DNA from: an uncultured Mycoplasmatota bacterium
GTDB lineage: Bacteria > Bacillota_I > Bacilli_A > RF39 > UBA660
Length of the DNA: 64,000 nt
Direction of reading: 5' to 3'
Assembly (NCBI GenBank): GCA_946414095.1
Contig: CAMKNB010000001.1
Span: forward strand, 3,591 to 67,590
Shown: piece by piece, positions 27,040 to 37,373 of the stretch
Position numbering within the stretch: position 1 is the stretch's first letter
How the letters are laid out: the number at the start of each line of letters is the position of its first letter
Position numbers and translations under genes: made by a program
Notes under the pieces: generated by a model
Seen by the model: the letters and a program-made list of their open reading frames with translations, nothing else
Database searches by the model: none
Told to the model about the DNA's origin: nothing

Positions 27040-28074
27040 ATGAAAAAAGACAAAGATAAAACTTTAGATCAAGTCCTTGCTGATATTGAAAAACAATTTG
27101 GTAAGGGCGCAATAATGAAATTAGGAGAAAAAGGTGTTAAAAATATAGATGTTGTATCAAGTGGCTCACTTGCTCTTGATCAAGCACTTGGTGTTGGAGG
27201 ATATCCAAAAGGAAGAATAATAGAAGTTTTTGGACCTGAATCAAGTGGTAAAACTACTATTGCTCTTCATGCTATTGCAGAAGTACAAAAGCTTGGTGGA
27301 AGAGCTGCCTTTATTGATGCAGAACATGCATTGGATCCAGTATATGCTAAAAAATTAGGTGTTAATACAGATGAATTATTATTAAGTCAACCTGATACTG
27401 GAGAACAGGCATTAGAAATCGTTGAAGCATTAGTTAGAAGTGAAGCAATGAGCATAATTGTAGTAGATTCAGTAGCAGCATTAGTTCCTCAAGCAGAAAT
27501 TGAAGGTGAAATGGGTGACTCACATGTTGGTCTTCAAGCAAGACTAATGAGTCAAGCTTTAAGAAAATTAAGTGGTGTAATTAATAAGACTAATACTATT
27601 TGTATTTTTATTAACCAATTAAGAGAAAAAGTTGGAATTATGTTTGGTAATCCTGAAACTACTCCTGGTGGAAGAGCATTAAAATTTTATTCAACTATTA
27701 GACTTGATGTAAGACGTAGTGAACAAATAAAAGTAAATGGCGATGTACTTGGAAATAAAACAATAATTAAAGTTGTTAAAAATAAGGTTGCTCCTCCTTT
27801 TAAAACTGCTGAAGTTGAGATTATGTATGGAGAAGGAATATCTAAAGCTGGAGAAGTAATAGATATTGCTTCTAATATGGGAATAATTGATAAGAGTGGC
27901 GCTTGGTTTAGTTATAAAGGAGAAAAAATTGGACAAGGAAAAGAAAATGTAAAACTTGTATTTAAGAATAATCCTGAATTATATAAAGAAATTGAAGAAA
28001 AAGTTAGACATGATTTATTTAATCCAAATGATAGTGATGTAAAAGAATTAGAAAATAAAACTGATGAAAAATAA
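27040..28074 (+). CDS. recA: Recombinase RecA
   Basis: [47 protein letters not shown], and other RecA signatures. Confidence 0.98.
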   Translation: MKKDKDKTLDQVLADIEKQFGKGAIMKLGEKGVKNIDVVSSGSLALDQALGVGGYPKGRIIEVFGPESSGKTTIALHAIAEVQKLGGRAAFIDAEHALDPVYAKKLGVNTDELLLSQPDTGEQALEIVEALVRSEAMSIIVVDSVAALVPQAEIEGEMGDSHVGLQARLMSQALRKLSGVINKTNTICIFINQLREKVGIMFGNPETTPGGRALKFYSTIRLDVRRSEQIKVNGDVLGNKTIIKVVKNKVAPPFKTAEVEIMYGEGISKAGEVIDIASNMGIIDKSGAWFSYKGEKIGQGKENVKLVFKNNPELYKEIEEKVRHDLFNPNDSDVKELENKTDEK

Positions 28075-28088
28075 ATTCATCAGTTTTT
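28061..28088. terminator. Bidirectional terminator between the convergent recA and minus-strand genes
   Basis: CTGATGAA / TTCATCAG stem flanked by A- and T-runs. Overlaps both stop codons. Confidence 0.65.
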
Positions 28089-28605
28089 AATTGAATTCAA
28101 CAATCTCGAAGTATTCATTTTTATTATTATCAAAAGCTAACATTGGAAAAAATATAAGTGGTAGCAATAATAATCCAATAGAATATGACTTATTTTTGTT
28201 GTAAGTAATTGATAGTCTAACATATAAGAGTATTAGCATTCCTACAATAACTAATAGTGGAATAATAGCATATATAAGTAATAATTTATTTATTAAAATA
28301 AATATTAGAACAAATGATATAAGAATTATTAATGATAAATATCCTTTTAGTCCAGAAAGTTTAAAAAGAATCCATAAATTTAATCCTGGAATTAAAGCAT
28401 AATATCCTGGTTTACTATTTCTTTTGAAAATTTTCCACATAGAGATAATTAATATTGTTATTAAAAATACAATTAATAAAATATATATTGTTAATAATAC
28501 TTTAATATTTATATTATTTAAAATACTATTTTTAAATATACTTGAAAACTTATCATTTAGGAAAAATTCAATTTTACTTAAATAATAACTTATTGAGTGT
28601 TTCAT
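28087..28605 (-). CDS. DUF5684-like multi-pass membrane protein
   Basis: ..KPGYYALIPGLNLWILFKLSGLKGY.. resembles the DUF5684 signature. AGGTGA RBS before ATG at 28605. Confidence 0.55.
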   Translation of the reverse strand: MKHSISYYLSKIEFFLNDKFSSIFKNSILNNINIKVLLTIYILLIVFLITILIISMWKIFKRNSKPGYYALIPGLNLWILFKLSGLKGYLSLIILISFVLIFILINKLLLIYAIIPLLVIVGMLILLYVRLSITYNKNKSYSIGLLLLPLIFFPMLAFDNNKNEYFEIVEFN

Positions 28606-28723
28606 ATAATCACCTATTATACAGATTAATTTTATCATTTATATAAGAATATTGTCAAATATTGTAGATTGAATGTATTTTAAAAATAATTATTATTTAG
28701 TATAATTAACTTAAGGTGATAAA

Positions 28724-29677
28724 GTGACTGTAAGAAAATTTAATTATTTTAGATTTGGTGTATTTATTGCTATTGTTATTGCTATTATTGTAGGAATAGT
28801 TCTTTTAATTAGTCACATTAACTATACTAAAACAAATCAATATAAATTATTAAATATTGGATATACTGAAGAAGAAATATCAATATTAAATAATAAACTT
28901 AATGAAAGTGAAATTAATGAATTAATGAAACTTGATTATAATAGTGTATATGTTAATTTAATAAAAGAAAAATATTTTATGTTTAAAAATTTTGATAAAT
29001 ATTTATCTTATAGAAGAGAACATACAGATTATGATTATAGTAAAATAATATCTATTATAAATACTGAAGCAAATGTTGATTGGATAGATGAAGAGAAAGA
29101 TACTGATACTAGCAAAGGTATATTAATGCTTGTAAATAGATTATATGGACTTAATAAGGAATATGAAGTAGGCGATATAGTAGATGTTCCTGTTAAGTAT
29201 GCATATAATGGTAAGAAATTAAGTAATATTTTATTAGATGATTTGAAAAATATGTGCGATGAAGCATCACAAAGTGGATACACTTTAGTAGTATCAGATG
29301 GTTATAGAAGTTACGATGAACAAGAAAAGTTGTATAATAGTTATGTAAGTTCAAATGGAAGAAGTGAAGCTGATAAAGTGGTAGCAAGACCAGGTCATTC
29401 AGAATATGAAACAGGTCTTTCATTAGATTTAGTTCCATATAATAAAAACTATGATACACCTAAAGCTAGTGAAGAATATATATGGCTTAGAGAAAATGCA
29501 CACAGATATGGCTTTATTTTTAGATTTGATCAGGAAAAAGAGAATTTAACGGGTTTTAAAGAATATACATGGAGACTTAGATATGTTGGTGAGGATGCTG
29601 CGACTATTATTTACAATGAAAATATATGCTTTGAAGAGTATTATGCATTTTATGTAGAAGGAGAAAAAAATGAATGA
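28724..29677 (+). CDS. VanY-type D-alanyl-D-alanine carboxypeptidase (peptidase M15B), membrane-anchored
   Basis: SGYRSYDEQ...ARPGHSEYETGLSLDL..WLRENAHRYGFIFRF (HxxxxxxD / H zinc ligands). GTG start after AAGGTGA. Confidence 0.85.
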   Translation: MTVRKFNYFRFGVFIAIVIAIIVGIVLLISHINYTKTNQYKLLNIGYTEEEISILNNKLNESEINELMKLDYNSVYVNLIKEKYFMFKNFDKYLSYRREHTDYDYSKIISIINTEANVDWIDEEKDTDTSKGILMLVNRLYGLNKEYEVGDIVDVPVKYAYNGKKLSNILLDDLKNMCDEASQSGYTLVVSDGYRSYDEQEKLYNSYVSSNGRSEADKVVARPGHSEYETGLSLDLVPYNKNYDTPKASEEYIWLRENAHRYGFIFRFDQEKENLTGFKEYTWRLRYVGEDAATIIYNENICFEEYYAFYVEGEKNE

Positions 29678-30611
29678 TAAAAAAATAGTAGTATTAGGTG
29701 GGGGAACAGGACAATCAGTATTATTAAGTGGTCTTAAAAGATTTCCATTTGATATAACAGCAGTTGTAAGTGTTTGCGATGATGGCAAAAGTACTGGAAA
29801 ACTTAGACGTGAATTCAATGTTCCTGCGATGGGAGACGTTAGAAGAGTTTTAATTGCTATGTCAGAAACAGAAGATGTTATAGGAGAACTAGTTAATTAT
29901 CGTTTTAAAACAGATGGAGATTTTGATGGACATACTGTAGGTAATATTATTTTGACAGCACTTACTGATATTTTTGGAAGTATGTCAGCTGGTATTAAGC
30001 AAGTAACTAAAATTCTTAATTTAAAAGGTTCTGTTTTACCACTTACAGATGACAATGTAACTTTAATGGGAGAAATGGAAGATGGAAGTATTGTTGAAGG
30101 AGAGCACAATATAACTCTTAGCGATAAAAAAATAAAAAAAGTATATTATAAAAAAGCACCTAAATGTAATAAAGAAGTAATTAAAAAAATAAAAGAAGCT
30201 GATGCTGTTATTTTAAGTATGGGTAGTATTTATACAAGTATTATTCCTAATTTACTTTGTAAAGAAGTTATAAAGGCAATAGATGGAAGTAATGCTAAAG
30301 TAATATATGTATGTAATTTATTTACTCAGCCTGGTGAAACAGATGGATTTAAAGTTAGTGATCACATTAAGCTTTTAGATAGTTATCTAGGTAATAGGAA
30401 GGTAGATACAGTTATTACTAATAGTGAAAAAGTTAGTAAGACCTTACTAAAAAAATATGAAACTCAAGAGCAAAAAGATTTGGTTTTAAATGATATAGAG
30501 AATATTAAAATATCAAATATTAGAAAACCACTTGTAACAATTGCTGATGGTACATTGAAACATGATAGTCTTAAACTTGGCCTTGAAATCATGAATATTT
30601 TAGCAAAATAA
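29670..30611 (+). CDS. yvcK: YvcK-family gluconeogenesis factor (CofD-like, UPF0052)
   Basis: VVLGGGTGQSVLLSGLK, TAVVSVCDDGKSTGKLRREF..PAMGDVR, LFTQPGETDGF. Confidence 0.88.
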   Translation: MNDKKIVVLGGGTGQSVLLSGLKRFPFDITAVVSVCDDGKSTGKLRREFNVPAMGDVRRVLIAMSETEDVIGELVNYRFKTDGDFDGHTVGNIILTALTDIFGSMSAGIKQVTKILNLKGSVLPLTDDNVTLMGEMEDGSIVEGEHNITLSDKKIKKVYYKKAPKCNKEVIKKIKEADAVILSMGSIYTSIIPNLLCKEVIKAIDGSNAKVIYVCNLFTQPGETDGFKVSDHIKLLDSYLGNRKVDTVITNSEKVSKTLLKKYETQEQKDLVLNDIENIKISNIRKPLVTIADGTLKHDSLKLGLEIMNILAK

Positions 30612-30622
30612 TTAGTTTTTGC

Positions 30623-30652
30623 TTGACTTTATCGCAATAATTATGGTAGTAT
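30623..30652 (+). promoter_or_regulatory. Candidate promoter for tRNA-Ala
   Basis: TTGACT, 18-nt spacer, TGg-TAGTAT. Confidence 0.4.
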
Positions 30653-30687
30653 TAATATGCTTGATTGTTATCAAGTGCCTACCTAAT

Positions 30688-30764
30688 GGGGAATTGGCTC
30701 AGTTGGCTAGAGCATCTGCCTTGCACGCAGGGGGTCGCGGGTTCGAGTCCCGCATTCTCCACCA
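30688..30764 (+). tRNA. tRNA-Ala (anticodon UGC)
   Basis: Acceptor GGGGAAT/ATTCTCC with G3:U70, anticodon loop CTTGCAC, T arm GCGGG-TTCGAGT-CCCGC, encoded CCA. Confidence 0.95.
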
Positions 30765-30775
30765 TTAGTGAATTA

Positions 30776-30797
30776 ATCCACGTTAGTGGATTTTTTT
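30776..30797 (+). terminator. Rho-independent terminator
   Basis: ATCCAC-gtta-GTGGAT plus T7. Confidence 0.8.
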
Positions 30798-30847
30798 GTT
30801 GTTTGTATTAGTTATTTATTGTATAATAATAATTAGAATAGAGGTGT

Positions 30848-32278
30848 ATGATGAAAAAAGAAAAAAAGCAACATATTCTAGTTTATTTTTTGAAAATGTT
30901 ATTAATATTCATAATTATTGATTTATTGATGATGATTTTTGCAGCATTAATAACTAATTCATCACTGGGATATAAATATGGTGGGGACTTAATAATGGAG
31001 TTGTTTTATGGTTTGTTTGTTTTAATCGTGATGCTACTCTTTAAAAATTCATATGTGTTTACAACAAAAAAAGATAAATTTATGGTTGGAATTAAACTTG
31101 CAATTCCGATGCTAGTAGTATCATGTATTAATTTAATTGGAAGTATAGCATCTTTAGATTCATTTTCATTATTAAAATTTATTAATGTTTTAATTCTTTC
31201 AATATTTGTTGGTGTAGCTGAAGAATTCTTGTGTAGAGGATGGTTACAAAATGAGTTTTTAGAAAGGTATTCTGATAATAAAAATAGTGTTATTGTTTCA
31301 ATTATTTTATCTTCTTTAGTATTTGGATTTATGCATATAATGAATCTTAGTACTCAAACTTTATTTGAAACAATATTACAAATTGTTAATGCAGTAGCAC
31401 TTGGTTTATTACTTGGAAGCATATACTATAAAACGAAAAATATATGGTCAGTAATTGCACTACATGCGTTTTATGATTTTGCTATATTCTTAGGAGAAAT
31501 GAATCTAGTTAAAGATTGTACATATAATACACCAACACTTGGTGTTACTCTTGTTAGCAGTATTGGAATTATAGTTATAAGTGCTATTTGGGTTTTAAGT
31601 GCTATATTGGTTCTTAGAAAAACAGATTTTCCTAAGAAAAAAGCTAGTAAGAAAATTAATAATTCTATTATAATAATGATAATAGTTATAGAATTTGTTA
31701 TATTATTCTTACCATTTGAAAAGTTAGTTCCTGAATACGATGATTATAAAGTTTGTTATGATTATAATAAAATAGATACATTTAGCAATTATACACTTCA
31801 TTATCCTTCATATGATAAGTATTTGATAGAGTATCAAAATAAACAAGATGAAACAGATGAAAAAGGAAATGTTATAGATACAATTAGTGGAGAAAAATTC
31901 TTATTTGAACTAACTGTTAATAATGGTAGAGCAACTATTAGAAATGCTAATACTGGAACTAGTGTAACTTTAGGATTTAAAGAAGTTGTTAGAGCAGAAG
32001 TATTAGAAAATGAAGATAAATACATTATAGTTATTCATACATATGAGAATGAATCGACTGTTTATTATAGTGAATATTTTGTTAAAGGTGAAATGTCAAA
32101 TGAATATTATTATTTAAATGAATCTAATTCATCATTTAAAAAGTTTGAACTTCCAGAAATAGCTTCAATTGGATATGTAACTATAGATGATTCTAATACT
32201 AAATATCCTGTTATGATTTCTGTTAATTCAGATTATTTCATTATTAAAAATAGTGAATTATATTTAATAAGTAAATAA
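30848..32278 (+). CDS. CPBP-family intramembrane glutamic endopeptidase (CAAX/Abi) with extra C-terminal soluble domain
   Basis: EEFLCRGW, FGFMH, and HAFYD motifs within 6-8 TM segments. About 190-aa C-terminal domain of unknown function. Confidence 0.8.
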   Translation: MMKKEKKQHILVYFLKMLLIFIIIDLLMMIFAALITNSSLGYKYGGDLIMELFYGLFVLIVMLLFKNSYVFTTKKDKFMVGIKLAIPMLVVSCINLIGSIASLDSFSLLKFINVLILSIFVGVAEEFLCRGWLQNEFLERYSDNKNSVIVSIILSSLVFGFMHIMNLSTQTLFETILQIVNAVALGLLLGSIYYKTKNIWSVIALHAFYDFAIFLGEMNLVKDCTYNTPTLGVTLVSSIGIIVISAIWVLSAILVLRKTDFPKKKASKKINNSIIIMIIVIEFVILFLPFEKLVPEYDDYKVCYDYNKIDTFSNYTLHYPSYDKYLIEYQNKQDETDEKGNVIDTISGEKFLFELTVNNGRATIRNANTGTSVTLGFKEVVRAEVLENEDKYIIVIHTYENESTVYYSEYFVKGEMSNEYYYLNESNSSFKKFELPEIASIGYVTIDDSNTKYPVMISVNSDYFIIKNSELYLISK

Positions 32279-32326
32279 AGTGGACTTCAAAGTCCATTTT
32301 ATTTTATAATTAATTTGGGTGAAAAT

Positions 32327-32812
32327 ATGGAAATAATTGAATATGAAGAAAAGTATTTAGAAGATGTAAGAGATTTGCTTGTAGAACTTGAAGAATATAT
32401 TGTATCTATAGATGAAGATGAATTAGATCAAGTAGGTGAACATTACAGAGAAAAGATGGCACTTTTTGATTTAAAAAGAGTAAAAGAAAATAATGGTAAA
32501 ACATATTTGGCTATAGAAAATGGAAAAGCTATTGGATTAATAATGGGAATAATAAGAAAATATGAAGAAGAAGACTATTTAGATTATAAATGCCCTCATT
32601 CTGGAAATATAACAGAACTAATTGTAAGTGAAAAAGCAAGAATCAATGGTGTTGGTACTATGCTTATGAAAAAGATGGAAGAATACTTTAAAAATTGCGG
32701 CTGTGAATATATATTTGTTGATGTGTTTGCTTATAATAAGAACGCTATAAAGTTTTATCAAAATAAAGACTATCATTCTAGAATGCATTGTATGTTAAAA
32801 AAGATTAAATAA
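32327..32812 (+). CDS. GNAT-family N-acetyltransferase
   Basis: ..VSEKARINGVGTMLMKKMEEYF (Q/RxxGxG/A acetyl-CoA motif). GGGTGA RBS before ATG at 32327. Confidence 0.75.
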   Translation: MEIIEYEEKYLEDVRDLLVELEEYIVSIDEDELDQVGEHYREKMALFDLKRVKENNGKTYLAIENGKAIGLIMGIIRKYEEEDYLDYKCPHSGNITELIVSEKARINGVGTMLMKKMEEYFKNCGCEYIFVDVFAYNKNAIKFYQNKDYHSRMHCMLKKIK

Positions 32813-32840
32813 AAAGTGTTAACAATTTATTAACACTTTT
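32813..32840. terminator. Bidirectional terminator (GNAT gene / RNase J convergent)
   Basis: AAAGTGTTAA / TTAACACTTT 10-bp stem flanked by A- and T-runs. Confidence 0.75.
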
Positions 32841-34509
32841 ATTTTACTTTTAATATCATTGGAACTATCATTGGCCTTCTACCAGTAAGTTCAATGACAT
32901 ATGCATTTATTTCTAATATTATTCTATTTTTTAAGTCAGTTAAACTAAAGTTATCTTTTTCAAGCTCATTTAAAGTAATTATGTTTGTTTTATCTTGTAT
33001 TTTTTTAATTAAATCTTGGTTGTCATTTACTACTACAAATCCACGTGTTGTAATATTTGGTTCAATTAACATTTTTTTATTTTCTAAGTCTAGATTTAAT
33101 ATAACAATTAACACGCCATCAGTTGACATTATTTTTCTATCTTTAATGATTGAAACTCCAACGTCCCCAATTCTACTTCCATCAACATAGATATCATTTA
33201 TTGGAATAGATCCCTTTCTATAAACTTCATTGTCTTTTATAGCAAGAATATCTCCATTTTTATTTATAAATGTATTTTCTATTTTTACATCGCATAATTC
33301 AGCTAGATGAGTATGTGCACTTAACATTCTATATTCACCATGCATTGGCATAAAGTATTTTGGTTTAATAAGTCTAAATAATAGTTTTAATTCATCTTGT
33401 CTTGCATGACCACTTGTATGAACATTTGATTCACTTGCATTTGTATATACTTTAGCACCTTTTAAATATAATTTATTGATAATTCTATTTATTGACATTG
33501 CATTTCCAGGAATAGGGGAAGATGAGAATATTACGGTATCTTCTGGCATAAGTGTAATATTTCTATCACTTCCATTTGCTATTCTTGAAAGAGCAGCTAA
33601 TGGTTCACCTTGAGAACCTGTACAAAGTAAGCATACCTTACTTGGCTCCATTCTATTTGCTTCTTCACTTGAAATAAATATATCTTTATCTTTAATATAT
33701 CCACACTCTATAGCTATTTCAATATTAGCATTCATACTTCTTCCAAATACTGCTACTTTTCTATTATATTTTTTACATGTTTCAACAATATGAGTAAGTC
33801 TATAAATATTACTAGCAAAAGTTGCAAGTATTATTCTTGAATGAGTGTTTTCGGCAAATATTTCACTTAATGCTTCATCAACAACAGATTCACTGTTTGA
33901 AAATCCTGGTAAAAGGGCATTTGTTGAATCACTTAGAAGCAGTGTTACTCCTTCACCACCAATTCTTGCCATTTTAGTCATATTAGCAACTGGTCCAATT
34001 GGAGTTAAATCAAATTTGAAGTCACCTGTTTCAACAATCGTACCATTTACAGTTTTAATAGCCATTCCAAATGAATCAGGTATTGAGTGAGTAGTTGTAA
34101 AGAACTCAATATTAAAGTGTTTAGTTTTAATTATTAAATCTTCATTAACAGTTACCATTTTTGGAAGTGGTATATTTCTTTCTGATACTTTATTTCTAAT
34201 TAATTTTCCTGCAATGTTTGGTGCATAAATAACTGGTATTTCAATATGCTGTAATAAGAAAGGTATTCCACCAATATGATCTTCATGACCATGAGTTATT
34301 ATTAAACCTTTTATTTTATTTTGCATTGTTTTTAAAATCGAGTAATCGGCAAGTACATAATCTATTCCCATTAAATCTTCTTCTGGAAACATAACACCAC
34401 AATCTATAATAAAAAGTTCATCTTCATGCATTACTACATACATATTTTTACCAACTTCACCAAGACCACCTAATGCACAAACTAAAGTTTCTCCATTTTT
34501 ACTATTCAT
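32839..34509 (-). CDS. rnj: Ribonuclease J
   Basis: MBL motif ITHGHEDHIGG, beta-CASP motifs, HTSGHA, C-terminal domain. AAAGGA RBS before ATG at 34509. Confidence 0.95.
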   Translation of the reverse strand: MNSKNGETLVCALGGLGEVGKNMYVVMHEDELFIIDCGVMFPEEDLMGIDYVLADYSILKTMQNKIKGLIITHGHEDHIGGIPFLLQHIEIPVIYAPNIAGKLIRNKVSERNIPLPKMVTVNEDLIIKTKHFNIEFFTTTHSIPDSFGMAIKTVNGTIVETGDFKFDLTPIGPVANMTKMARIGGEGVTLLLSDSTNALLPGFSNSESVVDEALSEIFAENTHSRIILATFASNIYRLTHIVETCKKYNRKVAVFGRSMNANIEIAIECGYIKDKDIFISSEEANRMEPSKVCLLCTGSQGEPLAALSRIANGSDRNITLMPEDTVIFSSSPIPGNAMSINRIINKLYLKGAKVYTNASESNVHTSGHARQDELKLLFRLIKPKYFMPMHGEYRMLSAHTHLAELCDVKIENTFINKNGDILAIKDNEVYRKGSIPINDIYVDGSRIGDVGVSIIKDRKIMSTDGVLIVILNLDLENKKMLIEPNITTRGFVVVNDNQDLIKKIQDKTNIITLNELEKDNFSLTDLKNRIILEINAYVIELTGRRPMIVPMILKVK

Positions 34510-34608
34510 AAAATCATTTCCTTTCAAAAAGTTAAATCAGTAAATAGCATTATATCAAAAATAAACTTATTTGTCAAAACGATTGATTTATAATATAATT
34601 ATATTTAG

Positions 34609-35199
34609 ATGGGTGGTTTTATGAATACTCTAGATTATTATAATGAAAATGCAAGAAAGTATTTTGATAATACAATTAATATTGATATGAGTAAACAATA
34701 TGAATTATTTTTAAAATATGTTAGGGAAAAAGGAAAAATATTAGATTTTGGATGTGGTAGTGGTAGAGATAGTTTATATTTTAAAAATTTAGGTTATCAA
34801 GTATTACCAATAGATGGATCAAAAGAATTATGTGCTTTAGCTAGTGAATATACAGGTTTAGATGTTAAATGTATGAATTTCCTTGATTTAAGTGATGTAG
34901 AAGAATATGATGGAATATGGGCATGTGCTACATTATTACATATTGATAAAAAAGATTTATTAAAAGTATTAATAAAACTTAGAAATGCAATAAAAAGAGA
35001 TGGAAGTATTTATGTTTGTTTTATGAATGGATATGATGAAGAAGAATATAAGGAAGATGGAAGGTATTTTAATGATTTAACAAAAGAATCATTCAACAGT
35101 TTAACATCGTTATCATCTCTTCAAATTGTAGATTATATAGAAAGTGAAATAATTGAACCAAATAAGTATTGGGTTAATTATATTTTAAAAAGAAAATAA
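34609..35199 (+). CDS. Class I SAM-dependent methyltransferase
   Basis: Motif I ILDFGCGSGRDS. Alternative start at ATG 34621 after GGGTGG. Confidence 0.8.
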   Translation: MGGFMNTLDYYNENARKYFDNTINIDMSKQYELFLKYVREKGKILDFGCGSGRDSLYFKNLGYQVLPIDGSKELCALASEYTGLDVKCMNFLDLSDVEEYDGIWACATLLHIDKKDLLKVLIKLRNAIKRDGSIYVCFMNGYDEEEYKEDGRYFNDLTKESFNSLTSLSSLQIVDYIESEIIEPNKYWVNYILKRK

Positions 35200-35213
35200 A
35201 TAGAGGTGTTATT

Positions 35214-36245
35214 ATGGGATTTTTTAGTAAGATTAAAGAAGTATTTAGAAAAAAAGAGGAAATAAAAGAAGAAATAGAAGATAATAAGAATATTGTCATA
35301 AGTGAAGAAGAAAAAGAAGAAGTTATAGAGACTGATAAATATGTTGAGGGGCTATCTAAATCTAGAGATAATTTTGTTAGTAAACTGTCTATTCTAGGTA
35401 TTAAATACACTAAAATTAGCGATGATTTTTATGATGAACTAGAAGAAATATTAATAACTGCTGATATTGGTGTTAATACTGTTATGGATTTTGTTGATAG
35501 ACTTAAGAAACGTGTCAAAGAAGAAAAAATTGAAGATTTTGAATATTTAAAAGAAGTAATTGTTGATGAATTATTCATGATATATGTAGGCGATGAAATA
35601 TTATCTTCTAAATTAAATATAGTAGATGGAGAGACTAATGTAGTATTATTTGTTGGTGTGAATGGTGTTGGTAAAACAACTAGTATTGCAAAAATTGCAT
35701 ATAATTTAAAAAAATCTGGAAAGAAAGTTATGTTAATAGCAGGAGATACATTTAGAGCAGGGGCGGTTACTCAATTAGATGAATGGGCTAAAAGAATAGG
35801 CGTTGATTTTTTTGGAGATGATAGAAAAGATCCATCTGCTGTAATATATGATGGACTTAACAAGGCTAAAGAAGAAAAATATGATGTAGTACTTGTTGAT
35901 ACAGCAGGTAGACTTCAAAATAAAGCTAATTTAATGAAAGAACTTGAAAAAATGAATAGGGTTATTAACGAAATAATTCCTAATAATCCAGTAGAAACGT
36001 TATTAGTAATTGACGCAACAACTGGACAAAATGGTATTAGTCAAGCTAAAAGTTTTAAGGAAATTACTAACATTACTGGAATAGTACTTACAAAACTTGA
36101 TGGTACAGCTAAAGGTGGTATTGTTCTTGCTATTAAAGAATTAGTTAATATACCTGTTAAATTTGTTGGCCTTGGTGAAAAAGAAACAGATTTAATTCCA
36201 TTTGATATTGAAAAATATATATATGGTTTATTTAAGGAGTTCTAA
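35214..36245 (+). CDS. ftsY: Signal recognition particle receptor FtsY
   Basis: GVNGVGKTTSIAK, DTFRAGA, DTAGRL, TKLDGTAKGG. Confidence 0.96.
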   Translation: MGFFSKIKEVFRKKEEIKEEIEDNKNIVISEEEKEEVIETDKYVEGLSKSRDNFVSKLSILGIKYTKISDDFYDELEEILITADIGVNTVMDFVDRLKKRVKEEKIEDFEYLKEVIVDELFMIYVGDEILSSKLNIVDGETNVVLFVGVNGVGKTTSIAKIAYNLKKSGKKVMLIAGDTFRAGAVTQLDEWAKRIGVDFFGDDRKDPSAVIYDGLNKAKEEKYDVVLVDTAGRLQNKANLMKELEKMNRVINEIIPNNPVETLLVIDATTGQNGISQAKSFKEITNITGIVLTKLDGTAKGGIVLAIKELVNIPVKFVGLGEKETDLIPFDIEKYIYGLFKEF

Positions 36246-36535
36246 TGAAAGAAAGGGAATATATATTAGAGTTATATGAAATATATAAAAAGTTATTAAC
36301 ATCTAGAGAGAAATCTTATTTCGAAGATTATTATTTTGAAGATTTAAGTTTACAAGAAATAGCAGATAATAATGATGTTAGTAAGTCATATGTTGGTAAA
36401 TTAATAAATGTTATTATTAATAAACTAAATAAATATGAAGAAGCTTTAAATATTTATCATAAAAATGGTAGAATTAGAGAACTTATTAAATGCTTAGATA
36501 AAGAATTAATTAGTAAAATAGAAGAATTATTATAG
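36245..36535 (+). CDS. ylxM: YlxM-family putative DNA-binding protein (UPF0122)
   Basis: ..LYEIYKKLLTSREKSYFEDYYFEDLSLQEIADNNDVSKSYV.. sigma-70 region-4-like HTH. Sits directly after ftsY as in Bacillus. Confidence 0.8.
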   Translation: MKEREYILELYEIYKKLLTSREKSYFEDYYFEDLSLQEIADNNDVSKSYVGKLINVIINKLNKYEEALNIYHKNGRIRELIKCLDKELISKIEELL

Positions 36536-36583
36536 AAAAATCACAATACATGTAGTATAATGAACGTGATTAGGGGTGAATAT

Positions 36584-37006
36584 ATGAATAAATTAGGTTG
36601 GGGACTTAGAGCTGAACTTGGATTTTTACTATTATTTTTAATTTGTTTGTTAATATCAACAATTGGATTACATAAACTTGGTTTAGTTGGTAATAATGAA
36701 CCTGGTGTTGAAGAAGACTTAAGTATATATACAATTGGCAATGGTAATTTTGATTATGAAGAATTAGAAAATAATGTTACTAGTGCGGCAAAAAGATATT
36801 ATGAAACGAAGTATCCATATGGAAGTACTGACACAATTGTTGTAAGTGTTGAAACTCTTAAGAATAATGGTTATTTGAGTCCAATATATGATAGTAGACA
36901 TAAAGAATGTAATGGATATGCTAAAATACTTAGAAGTAAAACAATAGTGTCATACATAAAGTGTTCAGTATACAAAACACCAGGATATAGTGAAGATTAT
37001 GAATAA
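36584..37006 (+). CDS. N-terminally anchored small protein, unknown function
   Basis: GGGGTGA RBS before ATG at 36584. One hydrophobic N-terminal helix, then ..VSVETLKNNGYLSPIYDSRHKECNGYAKI..IKCSVY. Confidence 0.55.
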   Translation: MNKLGWGLRAELGFLLLFLICLLISTIGLHKLGLVGNNEPGVEEDLSIYTIGNGNFDYEELENNVTSAAKRYYETKYPYGSTDTIVVSVETLKNNGYLSPIYDSRHKECNGYAKILRSKTIVSYIKCSVYKTPGYSEDYE

Positions 37007-37325
37007 GAAGATAATGGTGTTGTGGGCAGTTGTAGTAGTTCTATTGTTAACTGCTATATTCTTAATTGGATACTCTCGTAAAGATAAAGACTATATGAAA
37101 TTAGAAGCTAGCATTAGAAATGCCACATATTTATATTTAAAAAATAATAATCAAATTCCTGAATTTGATGAATCCGCAATAGTTTTTACAGAAGATTTAT
37201 TGAATCAAGAATATTTAAAAGATAGTAAATCTTTAAATAAATATTGTATTAAAAGCGTTGTGTTTACAAAAGGACTTATTAAAGATAAATATAAAATAAA
37301 TATGGAATGTGAGATAGATAATTGA
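36999..37325 (+). CDS. N-terminally anchored small protein; distant paralogue of the preceding gene
   Basis: Overlaps the previous stop codon. TM, then ..IVFTEDLLNQEYLKDSKSLNKYCIKSVVF..MECEI (same h-h-x-L-x-x-x-YL...C...C layout). Confidence 0.5.
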   Translation: MNKKIMVLWAVVVVLLLTAIFLIGYSRKDKDYMKLEASIRNATYLYLKNNNQIPEFDESAIVFTEDLLNQEYLKDSKSLNKYCIKSVVFTKGLIKDKYKINMECEIDN

Positions 37326-37373
37326 ATTATCTATCTTTTTTGTTATATAATTAATATGAAAGGAGTAACATTT

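Noticed and set aside
36584-36680. N-terminus MNKLGWGLRAELGFLLLFLICLL as a prepilin signal
   Set aside because: It lacks the G/F(T/S)LxE arrangement: Glu falls at +4 or +5 only with a non-canonical cleavage site, and there is no Phe or Met at +1. It is treated as a plain signal anchor.
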